Of a DNA stretch of 64,000 nt, positions 9,505 to 19,094 are shown in pieces; the stretch's first letter is position 1; each line of letters starts with the position of its first letter. Source of the stretch: an uncultured bacterium (GTDB lineage: Bacteria > Bacillota > Clostridia > Christensenellales > HGM11417); contig CAJMQN010000006.1 in the NCBI GenBank assembly GCA_905215695.1, positions 60,726-124,725 of the forward strand, read 5' to 3'. A program made the translations under genes and the position numbers. Below the pieces are notes generated by a model. It was not told where the DNA came from, ran no database searches, and saw only the letters and a list, made by a program, of their open reading frames with translations.

Positions 9505-11634
9505 ATGGACAACCTGCTCGCTAAAATGAGACATTACTATCAGGACGCGTACTTCGACACTCTCGAGCGCGCCTACGAAATCGCCAAGCAAAAACACGCG
9601 GGGCAGAAACGCATGTCCGGTGAGGAGTACTTCGTCCACCCCTACAATGTGGCGGAGATTCTCGTCGATCTCGGACTGGATACCGCGACGGTCGCCGCCG
9701 CGCTTCTCCACGATGTCGTGGAGGACACGGACTTTACGCGGGAGGACATGCTTCGGGAATTTGGGGAGGAAATCGCCTCGCTCGTGGACGGCGTGACCAA
9801 ACTCGACCGAATCACTTTTGCCTCCAAGGAGGAGGAGCAGGCGGAAAATCTGCGCAAAATGTTCTTCGCGATGGCGAAGGACGTACGGGTGATTCTCATC
9901 AAGCTCGCGGACCGGCTTGACAATATGCGCACGCTCTCCTATCTGCCCCTGCCGCGGCAGACCGCGATGGCGCGGGAGACTTTGGACATCTATGCCCCCC
10001 TCGCGGGCAGGCTGGGTATCTCGAGCATCAAGTGCGAGCTTGAGGACCTCTGCTTAAAGTACCTTGACCCCGAATTTTACAACTATCTTGCCGAACAGAT
10101 CAACTTAAAGCGCGCGGAGCGCAACGAGATGGTGGAGCGAATTATCCGCGACCTCGAGGACATGCTTCGGGAGATGGGAATAAAAGGCGAGGTGTTCGGG
10201 CGTCCCAAACACTTTTACAGCATCTACAAAAAGATGATGAAACAGCACAAGAGCCTGGACGAAATCTACGACCTCATCGCGGTGCGTATCGTAGTGGACA
10301 GCGTCAAAGACTGCTACAATGTGCTCGGCACCATTCATACCAAGTGGCGCCCCATTCCCGGGCGAATCAAGGACTATATCGCCACTCCCAAACAGAACAT
10401 GTACCAAAGTCTGCACACGACGGTCATCACCAACTACGGGCAGACCTTCGAGATTCAGATCCGAACGGCGGAGATGCACAAGATCGCGGAGTTCGGTATC
10501 GCGGCGCATTGGAAATACAAGGAGGGACGGGCGAGCGTCTCGCTGCTCGACGAAAAACTCTCCTGGCTCCGCGAACTTATGGAGTACGAGGGGGAATTTC
10601 AGGATTCCAAGCACTTTTACAACAACCTGAAGATTGACCTCGACCTCGGCGAAGTGCTGGTCTTTACCCCGAAGGGGGACGTCATCAGCCTACCCTCGGG
10701 CTCTACGCCCATTGACTTTGCCTACCACATTCACAGCCAAATCGGTAACAAATGCGTGGGGGCAAAGGTCAATTCCAAGATGGTTCCCCTCGACTATCAG
10801 TTGCAGGTGGGGGACGTGGTGGAGGTCATCACCAACCAAAACGCGAAGGGACCGAGCTGGGACTGGCTCAAACTCGTCAAGAGCTCGGGCGCGAAGGCAA
10901 AAATTCGGCAGTTCTTCAAAAAGCAGATGAAGGAGGAGAATATCCGAAAAGGTCGGGAAATGCTCGAACTCGAGGCGAAACGCCGGGGATTCAAGCTCGC
11001 GGACCTTCTGACGCAGAAGGGCTTGAACGTGGTCTATGACAGATTTTCCTTCGAGGACCTCGACGAAGTGTGTTCTGCGGTGGGGTACGGCGCGGTCACG
11101 ACCAATCAGATTATCTTCCGACTCATCGAGAGCTACACCGAGGAGAGCCGTCGTCCCGATCAGCCGATTATCGTCTCCAAGAGCAAGACCTCCTCGCACG
11201 GCGTTCTCATCAACGGCTACGAGGGGATGCTCGTGCGCTATGCGGGTTGCTGTAACCCGGTGCCCGGGGACGAAATCGTGGGCTTTGTGTCCCGCGGGCG
11301 GGGCGTGTCCATTCACCGCACGGACTGCCCCAACCTGAAAAACGCGGAGCCCGAGCGGCTCATACCGGCGGCGTGGGACAGTCAGCCTGTCTCCGCCTAC
11401 ACCGTGACCATGCAGATTACGGCTTCGGACAAACCGGGTATCATCGCGGACATCACGCAGATTCTGACCAAGATGAATCTCAATATCACCGCCTTCAACG
11501 CGCGGCTTGATAAGCGCGGAAACGCGGTCATCAGCGTGAGCGTGCAGGTCAAGCGCAGGGAGGAATTCGAGATGATTCAGAAGAAACTTCTCGAGAATCC
11601 CTTTATCAACGACGTTTTCCGCACTACGAATTAG
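9505..11634 (+). CDS. relA: bifunctional (p)ppGpp synthetase/hydrolase (RelA/SpoT homologue)
   Basis: 709 aa with an HD hydrolase domain (HPYNVAEIL..LLHDVVEDT), a synthetase domain (GRPKHFYSIYKKM..DLIAVRIVV..RIKDYIATPK), then TGS and ACT regions. Confidence 0.95.
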   Translation: MDNLLAKMRHYYQDAYFDTLERAYEIAKQKHAGQKRMSGEEYFVHPYNVAEILVDLGLDTATVAAALLHDVVEDTDFTREDMLREFGEEIASLVDGVTKLDRITFASKEEEQAENLRKMFFAMAKDVRVILIKLADRLDNMRTLSYLPLPRQTAMARETLDIYAPLAGRLGISSIKCELEDLCLKYLDPEFYNYLAEQINLKRAERNEMVERIIRDLEDMLREMGIKGEVFGRPKHFYSIYKKMMKQHKSLDEIYDLIAVRIVVDSVKDCYNVLGTIHTKWRPIPGRIKDYIATPKQNMYQSLHTTVITNYGQTFEIQIRTAEMHKIAEFGIAAHWKYKEGRASVSLLDEKLSWLRELMEYEGEFQDSKHFYNNLKIDLDLGEVLVFTPKGDVISLPSGSTPIDFAYHIHSQIGNKCVGAKVNSKMVPLDYQLQVGDVVEVITNQNAKGPSWDWLKLVKSSGAKAKIRQFFKKQMKEENIRKGREMLELEAKRRGFKLADLLTQKGLNVVYDRFSFEDLDEVCSAVGYGAVTTNQIIFRLIESYTEESRRPDQPIIVSKSKTSSHGVLINGYEGMLVRYAGCCNPVPGDEIVGFVSRGRGVSIHRTDCPNLKNAEPERLIPAAWDSQPVSAYTVTMQITASDKPGIIADITQILTKMNLNITAFNARLDKRGNAVISVSVQVKRREEFEMIQKKLLENPFINDVFRTTN

Positions 11635-11643
11635 AGGAAGATT

Positions 11644-12258
11644 ATGCAGATACTTTGCATGCGGACGGGACTTATCACCGTCAACACGTATATTGTCACG
11701 AACGACAGAAAGGAGGGGTTTATCGTTGACCCCGGCGGCAACTACAAGCGAATCCGTATGGAGCTTGACTCCCGCGGAATTCAGCTCAAAGCCCAACTTC
11801 TGACGCACGGACATTTCGACCATTTCGGGGCAAGTGCCGCGCTTCAGCGGGACGGGATTCCCGTCTATATCCACCGCTCGGACGCCGAAAAACTGCACTC
11901 TTCCGGCAATCTCGCCTCCTATATGAACGCGGAGGTGGAGGAACTGACTGCGGACGTTCTCGTCGAGGACGGACAAACCCTCGAAATTGCGGGGTTTGAA
12001 ATCCGCGTCCTGCACACGCCCGGGCACTCCTCGGGGAGCGTGTGCTATCTCGTCGGGGACGTCATCTTTTCGGGGGATACCCTGTTCTGTCTCTCCGTGG
12101 GGCGCACGGACTTCCCGGACGGCAGTCCCGCCGCGCTCATGAATTCCATTCGCTACAAGCTCTTCACGCTGGAGGGGAACTACCGCGTTCTTCCCGGGCA
12201 CGAGGAGGAGACCACTCTCGAATACGAGCGCAGGCACAATCCGCTCGTGGAGTTTTAG
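11644..12258 (+). CDS. MBL-fold metallo-hydrolase (glyoxalase II-like)
   Basis: 204 aa with the HxHxDH motif THGHFDHFG, plus later HTPGHS and a C-terminal PGH. Confidence 0.85.
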   Translation: MQILCMRTGLITVNTYIVTNDRKEGFIVDPGGNYKRIRMELDSRGIQLKAQLLTHGHFDHFGASAALQRDGIPVYIHRSDAEKLHSSGNLASYMNAEVEELTADVLVEDGQTLEIAGFEIRVLHTPGHSSGSVCYLVGDVIFSGDTLFCLSVGRTDFPDGSPAALMNSIRYKLFTLEGNYRVLPGHEEETTLEYERRHNPLVEF

Positions 12259-12260
12259 GC

Positions 12261-13673
12261 ATGGTTTTGCTCGACCCCAAGTATCGGTATCTCGAAAAGG
12301 ATTTGACCGACTATCTGCGCGTCTTTGACGGGGAAACCTCCCGCGAGGTCGGCGTAGAGATTTCGGAGGGGGAGGAAATCCGCGTGCGCGTCTCCGCGTC
12401 GGGGCGGAATTGGGAAAGCGTCTTCGCCGTACCGGGATTTTTCGGGAAATCGTTGCTCCACAGAAAGCGCATTCTCAAACGCTACGCGATGGCGTGCGTC
12501 TATCGCGCGCTCAAAAGTCTTTCGGGGAAGCGCCTGCCCTACGGCGCGTTTACGGGAATCCGTCCGACCAAGCAGTACTATCAGATTCTCGAGGAGGGGC
12601 TTGACCCCAAGGATTTCTTCCTGAACTTTTTGGACGTTTCGCCCGAAAAATTCGCGCTCGTCCGGGATATCGTGCGGGCGCAGTCCGGGGTGTATTCCCG
12701 AGATCCGCGAAATCTCGACGTGTATGCGGGCATTCCCTTCTGTCACGGGCGCTGTTCGTACTGTTCCTTTGTGTCCTGCGACATTGACCGCGCGGGGGAA
12801 TGGGAGAATCCGTATATTGACGCGCTCACCCGGGAACTCGAGGCGGGGCAGCGCATTCTTTCGGAGTCCGACTTTTCGGCGCGTGCGCTGTACATCGGCG
12901 GCGGCACGCCCTCCGCGATTTCCAAAGCAAACATTCGGCGCGTGCTCGAGGGAGTGCGAGAAATGGCGCCCGAAGGCGTCGAATTCACCTTCGAGGCGGG
13001 GCGACCGGACAGTATCGACAGGGAACTCTTTGACCTTTTGGCGGAGTTCGGCGTCACGCGGGTATCGGTCAATCCGCAGAGCGCGAACGACGCGACTCTC
13101 GCCGAAATCGGCAGGCGTCACACCTTTGGAGAGGTGGTCGAAAAGGTGCGGCTCGCGCGCGAATATCCGTTTTCTCTCAACATGGATCTCATCATGGGGC
13201 TCGGCAAGGAGACCGCGGCGGACTTTGCGCGGTCGGTGGACGCGGTGATTGCGCTTGCCCCGGACAACGTGACGGTGCACGCGCTCGCCCTCAAGCGTGG
13301 CTCCCGGCTCAAGGAGGAGGAACGCGAACATCTTTCGCCCGAATCCGAGGAGATGTCCCGGCTTGCGGAGGAGAAACTCCGAAGGGCGGGGTATCAGCCC
13401 TACTATATGTACCGCCAAAAATACAGCGTCGGCAACCTCGAAAATGCCGGTTACGCAAAGCCGGGCAGGGTATGCGTTTACAACGTGGACAACATGGAGG
13501 AGACCGCGTCCGTGCTTGCCTTCGGGGCGAACGCCATCTCCAAGCGCGTCTATTCGGGAGAAGAATTTATCGAGCGGCTCGCAAGCCCCAAGGATATCCC
13601 CTCATACATTGCGAAAATACCCAAAATCATTGCGAACAAGTCCGTATTCCGTGGAGGAAACCGTGAAATTTAA
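12261..13673 (+). CDS. HemN/HemZ-like oxygen-independent coproporphyrinogen-III-oxidase-family radical SAM protein
   Basis: ATG at 12261 sits immediately after the MBL stop. It has the radical SAM motif CHGRCSYCSF and the HemN-type motif YIGGGTPS. The track start at 12042 overlaps the MBL gene and was rejected. Confidence 0.8.
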   Translation: MVLLDPKYRYLEKDLTDYLRVFDGETSREVGVEISEGEEIRVRVSASGRNWESVFAVPGFFGKSLLHRKRILKRYAMACVYRALKSLSGKRLPYGAFTGIRPTKQYYQILEEGLDPKDFFLNFLDVSPEKFALVRDIVRAQSGVYSRDPRNLDVYAGIPFCHGRCSYCSFVSCDIDRAGEWENPYIDALTRELEAGQRILSESDFSARALYIGGGTPSAISKANIRRVLEGVREMAPEGVEFTFEAGRPDSIDRELFDLLAEFGVTRVSVNPQSANDATLAEIGRRHTFGEVVEKVRLAREYPFSLNMDLIMGLGKETAADFARSVDAVIALAPDNVTVHALALKRGSRLKEEEREHLSPESEEMSRLAEEKLRRAGYQPYYMYRQKYSVGNLENAGYAKPGRVCVYNVDNMEETASVLAFGANAISKRVYSGEEFIERLASPKDIPSYIAKIPKIIANKSVFRGGNREI

Positions 13674-14274
13674 CCGTGAAATCAAAGATGAGAGCGGAAG
13701 AGCTTTTTCTTGGTTCTTCGCCTTCTTTTCCCTCTTTTTAATGGCGCTCGGATTCGGCGCGGGCATGCCCTGGTACGTCTGTTTCGTATTTATCGGGTTC
13801 TCGCTCCTCTGCGTCGGCTCTATCATCGACCTTCAGCCCTGCCGCTTTCGGGAGGAGGAGATTCTATATTTTCGACACTGTGTGCGACGCCGGGCGAAGG
13901 TAGCGGACGCGAATATTCTGCTTTTGACCGAATATTCCGGTCCGCTGCGCAAGAACGGCGCAAAGACCTATGAGGTCAAAGTGCGCCCCGGGGAGAAGGA
14001 GAAACGCAACCGCATGTATATTCTCCTTTTAAAGCTCGACGACGTCAAACTCCTCGGAAAGAGCGTGAATAGTTCGACCGCAAAGATTTATTTCAAAAAG
14101 TCAACCGTATTTTCGATGATGTATGAAAAAGAGGTGCTTGCGGAAACATTAAAGAGTGGCTTTGCCGGGGATATTTACGTCTTTCGCGGTCTGTACGAGA
14201 GTTATCGGGAGGACTTCGACGCGGTTTGCAAGGAGACTGGCTTCGACTATTCCCGCGTGCTCGTCATGGGTTAG
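13663..14274 (+). CDS. hypothetical membrane protein (2 TM segments plus a soluble C-terminal domain)
   Basis: GTG at 13663 sits 5 nt after ggagg (13653-13657) and overlaps the previous stop by 11 nt. It has a hydrophobic N-terminus (FSWFFAFFSLFLMALGFGAGMPWYVCFVFIGFSLLCVG). I recognised no family. Confidence 0.55.
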   Translation: MKFNREIKDESGRAFSWFFAFFSLFLMALGFGAGMPWYVCFVFIGFSLLCVGSIIDLQPCRFREEEILYFRHCVRRRAKVADANILLLTEYSGPLRKNGAKTYEVKVRPGEKEKRNRMYILLLKLDDVKLLGKSVNSSTAKIYFKKSTVFSMMYEKEVLAETLKSGFAGDIYVFRGLYESYREDFDAVCKETGFDYSRVLVMG

Positions 14275-14293
14275 AAAAAGAGGGCGAAAACAG

Positions 14294-14322
14294 TTTACAA
14301 CAGAGGGAATTTGTGTTAAAAT
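14294..14322 (+). promoter_or_regulatory. candidate sigma-A promoter for rpsO
   Basis: tttaca (14294-14299), a 17-nt spacer ending in tgt, then taaaat (14317-14322). This leaves a leader of about 75 nt. Confidence 0.45.
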
Positions 14323-14403
14323 AATTAGGAATTGCGGCTTGGTTGGTCGGGTCTCCGCCGTCCTGCTCGGTTGCGATTGACATTTATTTTGGAGGAATTT
14401 ATC

Positions 14404-14661
14404 ATGGAGAAGAAGATCGACACCATCAACGCCTATGCAAGAAAGGAAGGCGACACCGGCTCGCCCGAAGTGCAGATTGCGCTTCTGACCGCGAGAATCA
14501 ACCACTTAAACGACCACTTTGCTGCGAATCCCAAGGATTTCCACAGCAAGCGCGGCCTTCTCAAAATGGTGGGACGCAGAAGAAACCTGCTCGCTTACCT
14601 GAAGAAGACCGACATCAACAAATACAGAGAGTTAATCGAAAAGCTGGGCTTGAGAAAGTAA
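14404..14661 (+). CDS. rpsO: 30S ribosomal protein S15
   Basis: ATG at 14404 follows ggagg. The 85-aa product [59 protein letters not shown] is unmistakably S15. Confidence 0.97.
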   Translation: MEKKIDTINAYARKEGDTGSPEVQIALLTARINHLNDHFAANPKDFHSKRGLLKMVGRRRNLLAYLKKTDINKYRELIEKLGLRK

Positions 14662-14672
14662 CTCAAAAATGG

Positions 14673-14712
14673 AGAGCGGGCGAAGGATTTTTCCCGCTCT
14701 TTCTTTGTTTTT
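14673..14712 (+). terminator. intrinsic terminator (or partial terminator) between rpsO and pnp
   Basis: Stem agagcggg (14673-14680) pairs with cccgctct (14693-14700), followed by ttctttgtttttt. Confidence 0.7.
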
Positions 14713-14739
14713 TCACGGATATAATTATGGAGGATCGAT

Positions 14740-16824
14740 ATGAAAGAAAATGTCAGGACTTTTGAGACAGAAGTCGGCGGAAGGAAGGTGACGGTCGAGA
14801 CCGGCAAGTACTGCGGTCAGGCAAACGGCTCCTGTATCGTGCGTTGCGGGGACACGATGGTGCTCACCAACGTCACGATGAGCAAGGAACCCCGCCCGGG
14901 TATGGATTTCTTCCCGCTTGGGGTGGATTTTGAGGAAAAGATGTATTCCGTCGGAAAGATTCCCGGCGGCTTTAAAAAGAGAGAGGGGAGACCAAGCGAC
15001 AAGGCGATTCTGACCTCGCGGCTCATTGACCGCCCGATTCGTCCGCTCTTCCCCAAGGGACTTTTCAATGACGTCGCGGTCGTCGTGACCGCGCTCTCGG
15101 TGGATACCAACTATCCTCCCGAGGTCTATGGCATGCTCGGCAGTTCGATTGCGCTTTCGATTTCGGACATTCCCTTCTACGGACCGACGGGTTCCGTGGT
15201 CGTGGGCATGGTGGACGGAGAATTCGTCATCAACCCCGACACCGAACAGCGCGCGAAATCCAAACTGCACCTCTCGCTCTCGGGCACCAAGGACGCCATT
15301 ATGATGGTCGAGGCGGGCGCGAACGAGGTTGCGGAAGAGGACATGATCAACGCGATTCTCTTCGGGCACGAGGAAATCAAGAAGATTTGCGCCTGGATTG
15401 AGGAGATTCAGAAGGAAATCGGCAAGCCCAAGCTTCAGATGAACCTCTATACGATTCCCGAAGAGATTGACAAGGCTGTGCGCGAGTACGCGGACAAGAT
15501 GCTGACTGAGGCGCTTCTGCCCTTCGACCGCAAGGAGCGGCAGGAGGGAGAGGACCGCGTTGCCGAGGACGTGCAGGCGCACTTTGCGGAGATTTTCCCG
15601 GACAAGCAGAGGGAGATTGCGGACGTTCTCTACTATATGACCAAAGAGAAAGTGCGCGCGCGCATCGTCAACGAGGGTGTGCGTCCCGACGGTCGTAAGC
15701 TCACGGATATCCGCGATATCTGGTGCGAAGTGGGAATTCTGCCCCGCGTACACGGCAGTGCGGTGTTCACGAGGGGACAGTCGCAGGCAATGACCGCGAC
15801 CACTCTCGGCACCATTCGCGAGGCGCAGAAACTCGAAGGACTCGATGACGAGGAATTCAAGCGGTATATGCACCACTACAATATGCCCCCGTACTCCACG
15901 GGCGAGGCGAAACAGCTTCGTTCGCCCGGTCGCCGCGAAATCGGTCACGGCGCACTCGCCGAGCGCGCGCTCGAGCCCGTACTTCCGAGCGAGGATGAGT
16001 TCCCTTACGCAATCCGTACCGTTTCGGAGATTCTCTCCTCGAACGGTTCCACTTCGCAGGCGTCCGTCTGCGGCTCCACGCTGTCCCTGATGGACGCGGG
16101 CGTTCCGATCAAGGCGCCTGTCGCGGGTATCGCGATGGGACTGATTAAGGACGTCGAGAGCGGAAAGGTCGTCGTGCTGTCGGATATTCAGGGACTTGAG
16201 GACTTCCTCGGCGACATGGACTTCAAGGTTGCGGGCACCGAGAAAGGCATCACCGCGATTCAGATGGACATCAAGATCAAGGGTATAGACGAAAAGATTC
16301 TTCGTCAGGCGATTGCGCAGGCGAAGGCGGGTCGTTCCTTCATTCTCGGCAAGATGCTCGAAGTTTTGGACGCGCCCCGCGCGGAACTCTCGCCCTTTGC
16401 GCCCAAGATTACGAGTTTCAATATCGACCCGGATAAGATTCGCGAGGTCATCGGCACCGGCGGAAAGGTCATCAACAAGATTATCGAGGAGACCGGGGTC
16501 AAGATCGACATCACCGACGACGGCAAAGTCTGCATCGCGACCACGGATTCGGAGGCTGCCGAACGCGCAAAGGGAATTATTCTCTCCATCGCGCGGGACC
16601 CTGAGGTCGGAGACCTGTATATCGGCAAGGTCGCCCGAATCATCACCATCGGCGCCTTTGTCGAGCTTGCGCCGGGCAAGGACGGCATGATTCACATCTC
16701 CAAGCTCTCGAACAAGCGGGTGGAGAAGGTAGAGGACGTTGTCAATATCGGCGATACCGTCAAGGTCGAGGTCGTCAAAATCAGCGAGAAGGGCGTGGAT
16801 TTGAAACTCATCGAAAAACTTTAA
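14740..16824 (+). CDS. pnp: polyribonucleotide nucleotidyltransferase (PNPase)
   Basis: 694 aa with two RNase PH domains, a KH domain (VIGTGGKVINKIIEETG) and an S1 domain (GDLYIGKVARIITIGAFVEL). The rpsO-pnp order is canonical. Confidence 0.97.
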   Translation: MKENVRTFETEVGGRKVTVETGKYCGQANGSCIVRCGDTMVLTNVTMSKEPRPGMDFFPLGVDFEEKMYSVGKIPGGFKKREGRPSDKAILTSRLIDRPIRPLFPKGLFNDVAVVVTALSVDTNYPPEVYGMLGSSIALSISDIPFYGPTGSVVVGMVDGEFVINPDTEQRAKSKLHLSLSGTKDAIMMVEAGANEVAEEDMINAILFGHEEIKKICAWIEEIQKEIGKPKLQMNLYTIPEEIDKAVREYADKMLTEALLPFDRKERQEGEDRVAEDVQAHFAEIFPDKQREIADVLYYMTKEKVRARIVNEGVRPDGRKLTDIRDIWCEVGILPRVHGSAVFTRGQSQAMTATTLGTIREAQKLEGLDDEEFKRYMHHYNMPPYSTGEAKQLRSPGRREIGHGALAERALEPVLPSEDEFPYAIRTVSEILSSNGSTSQASVCGSTLSLMDAGVPIKAPVAGIAMGLIKDVESGKVVVLSDIQGLEDFLGDMDFKVAGTEKGITAIQMDIKIKGIDEKILRQAIAQAKAGRSFILGKMLEVLDAPRAELSPFAPKITSFNIDPDKIREVIGTGGKVINKIIEETGVKIDITDDGKVCIATTDSEAAERAKGIILSIARDPEVGDLYIGKVARIITIGAFVELAPGKDGMIHISKLSNKRVEKVEDVVNIGDTVKVEVVKISEKGVDLKLIEKL

Positions 16825-16841
16825 GATTCGCTGTCAAGGGA

Positions 16842-16878
16842 AGGGCGCGCAAAGTGGGTTTTGCGCGCTCTTTCTCTT
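16842..16878 (+). terminator. possible intrinsic terminator after pnp
   Basis: Stem agggcgcgcaaa pairs with tttgcgcgctct (one mismatch), then ttctctt (a poor U-tract). Confidence 0.5.
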
Positions 16879-16992
16879 GCGGAAGAGTTTAACGGGGACA
16901 CACTGTCCGTATCAACTCGCGGGGTTCTCTGTCCGCATACTCCGCGCGCCCGCGGCATAAAATGTAGCAATACGGTTTTATGGAGCGGAACG

Positions 16993-17703
16993 ATGAAAAA
17001 GAGAGGAGTCCTTGCGAGCATTCTGACAAATGTGGTCATCTTCGGGGTTTTGACGGTGGTGTTTGTTTTGGCATTTTCGGGCAGCGTGCTGACCGCAAAT
17101 GTGTCGGTCGATGCTGCGCCCTACTATCACGGCAACACCGACCGAAAAAACGTCACGCTTATGGTCAACGTCTATTGGGGAACCGAATATCTCGAGGATA
17201 TGCTCGCGACTTTCAAGGAATACGAGGTCAAGACAACCTTTTTCGTGGGCGGGAGCTGGGCAGAAAAGAACCCCGAAATGCTCGAAAAAATTTACGCGGA
17301 CGGGCACGAAATCGGCAATCACGGATATTTCCACCTCGACCATAAAAAGATTTCCGATGAGAAAAATACGGAGGAAATTTTGGTATGCGAAAGCATGGTA
17401 AAGTCAATAATCGGTGTAAAGACCACGCTCTTTGCACCGCCCTCCGGTTCCTTTTCCAAACAGACGCTATCCATTGCCAAGGACCTCGGTTATCAGACAA
17501 TCATGTGGAGCAAGGACACCATCGACTGGCGGGATAAGGACGAAAGTCTCGTCTTTTCCCGGGCGACCAAGAATTTGAAGGGCGGAGACCTCATTCTCAT
17601 GCACCCCACCGAACACACAAAAAACGCGCTGAAAAAGATTCTCGACTACTACAAAGAGAATGGTTTTTCGGCGGTAACGGTCAGCGAGAACATCGCGGCT
17701 TAA
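16993..17703 (+). CDS. polysaccharide deacetylase (NodB homology domain, PdaB-like)
   Basis: ATG at 16993 gives MKKRGVLASILTNVVIFGVL, a signal/anchor sequence. It has NodB motifs (TFFVGGSW, GHEIGNHGYFH, LFAPPSGS, LMHP). Its position after pnp is as in spore-forming Firmicutes. Confidence 0.8.
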   Translation: MKKRGVLASILTNVVIFGVLTVVFVLAFSGSVLTANVSVDAAPYYHGNTDRKNVTLMVNVYWGTEYLEDMLATFKEYEVKTTFFVGGSWAEKNPEMLEKIYADGHEIGNHGYFHLDHKKISDEKNTEEILVCESMVKSIIGVKTTLFAPPSGSFSKQTLSIAKDLGYQTIMWSKDTIDWRDKDESLVFSRATKNLKGGDLILMHPTEHTKNALKKILDYYKENGFSAVTVSENIAA

Positions 17704-17742
17704 ATGACACGGGGAAACCCCGAAACAAGAAGGAAGGTTTTT

Positions 17743-18978
17743 ATGCAACAAACAAAGACGATGAAAAATGGAATTCGTATCGTGACAAAGAGCGTCCCCG
17801 ACCTCTACTCGGTCTCTATGGGAATCTATGTCGGGACGGGGAGCGCGAACGAGAACGAGAAGAACAACGGAATTTCCCACCTCATCGAACACATGATGTT
17901 CAAGGGCACGAAAAAGCGTTCGGCGTTTCAGATTGCGGACGAGATGGACAGCATCGGCGCCAAGATGAACGCCTTTACCACAAAGGAGATGACCTGTTAC
18001 TACGCCAAGAGCACCGCGGACCACGCGGAGGAATGTTTTGAAATTCTCTCCGATCTCTTCTGCCATTCGGTCTTTCCCGAGGAGGAGCTGGAGCGGGAAA
18101 AGAAAGTCATTCTCGAGGAAATTTCCATGACGGAGGACAGCCCCGAAGACCTCGCGTCGGATATTCTCTCCGAACAGTTCTTCCGTGGCATTTCACTGGC
18201 GCGTCCCATCATCGGAACGCCCGAAAACGTGCTTGCCGCAACCCGACAGGATTTACTCGATTATATTGCAGAGTACTATGCAAACTCACATATCGTCATA
18301 GCTTTTGCGGGCAATATTACTATGCAAGAGGCAGAAAAACTCGTAAAAGAGCACTTTGAATGGGACAACCCTGCCGAGCGGTGCGATGTCTGCTACGGCA
18401 CGGATTACACCTCGGGCGGCATCATCACGCGCGCCAAGGACGTGGAGCAGGCGAGTATCTGCATCGGCTATGATTTCGCACCCTTTGCGGACAAGGACAG
18501 CTATAAGTATCTGCTCTTAAATACCGTTTTGGGCGGGGGCATGAGCTCGCGGCTGTTTCAGGAGATTCGTGAAAAACTCGGCTATGCCTACTCGGTCTAT
18601 TCCTACGCGACGCAGTACCGAAACGCGGGACTGTTTACCATCTATGTGGGAACCAACCCGGACAACACGAAGAAGTGTCTTGAGACGGTGGATCGGCTCC
18701 TCGAGGAATTTCAGGAGAAGGGAATCACGCAAAAAGAATTCGAGCGGGGCAGGGAACAGCTCAAGAGCAGTGTGGTGTTCGGGCAGGAGAACAACACGGG
18801 ACTCATGAACGTGTTCGGAAAATACCTTCTGTTTACGGGCGAACTCTTCGACTTTGACGGCAAGCTCAAAGAGTTTGAGTCCTACACGCTCGAGGAGATG
18901 AACAGGCTTGCAAAGACCATGTTCGACCGCAGGCGCAAGACGATTTCCATGGTCGCAAAGGAGAAATTTTTGCTGTAA
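17743..18978 (+). CDS. M16-family (pitrilysin/insulinase-like) zinc peptidase
   Basis: ATG at 17743 follows aggaagg. It carries the inverted zinc motif HxxEH in GISHLIEHMMFKGT and is 411 aa long. Confidence 0.85.
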   Translation: MQQTKTMKNGIRIVTKSVPDLYSVSMGIYVGTGSANENEKNNGISHLIEHMMFKGTKKRSAFQIADEMDSIGAKMNAFTTKEMTCYYAKSTADHAEECFEILSDLFCHSVFPEEELEREKKVILEEISMTEDSPEDLASDILSEQFFRGISLARPIIGTPENVLAATRQDLLDYIAEYYANSHIVIAFAGNITMQEAEKLVKEHFEWDNPAERCDVCYGTDYTSGGIITRAKDVEQASICIGYDFAPFADKDSYKYLLLNTVLGGGMSSRLFQEIREKLGYAYSVYSYATQYRNAGLFTIYVGTNPDNTKKCLETVDRLLEEFQEKGITQKEFERGREQLKSSVVFGQENNTGLMNVFGKYLLFTGELFDFDGKLKEFESYTLEEMNRLAKTMFDRRRKTISMVAKEKFLL

Positions 18979-19029
18979 GGGCAGAAATTTCCGCTATCAG
19001 GTTTGAAGGAAAATATCTCCCGCAAAACA

Positions 19030-19058
19030 TTGAAAAAAAAACGAGAATATGATATACT
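19030..19058 (+). promoter_or_regulatory. candidate sigma-A promoter for ftsK
   Basis: ttgaaa (19030-19035), a 17-nt spacer, then tatact (19053-19058). Confidence 0.4.
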
Positions 19059-19094
19059 TGTAGCAATGGAAAAAATCGGAGAGATACTCTGACT

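Noticed and set aside
14329-14403. S15 autoregulatory leader structure upstream of rpsO.
   Set aside because: A 75-nt GC-rich leader exists, but I could only draw 4-bp helices by eye. Known S15 leaders are too lineage-specific for me to recognise one without a covariance model.
14725-16695. 656-aa minus-strand ORF opposite pnp. Similar ORFs lie at 10690-12237, 12255-13418, 19839-21482, 42130-43599, 45128-46192, 53838-55169 and 57530-58597.
   Set aside because: All lie antisense to genes with unmistakable conserved products. All have Arg/Gly/Val-rich composition, lack RBS/start context and lack any recognisable domain. I treated them as shadow ORFs.
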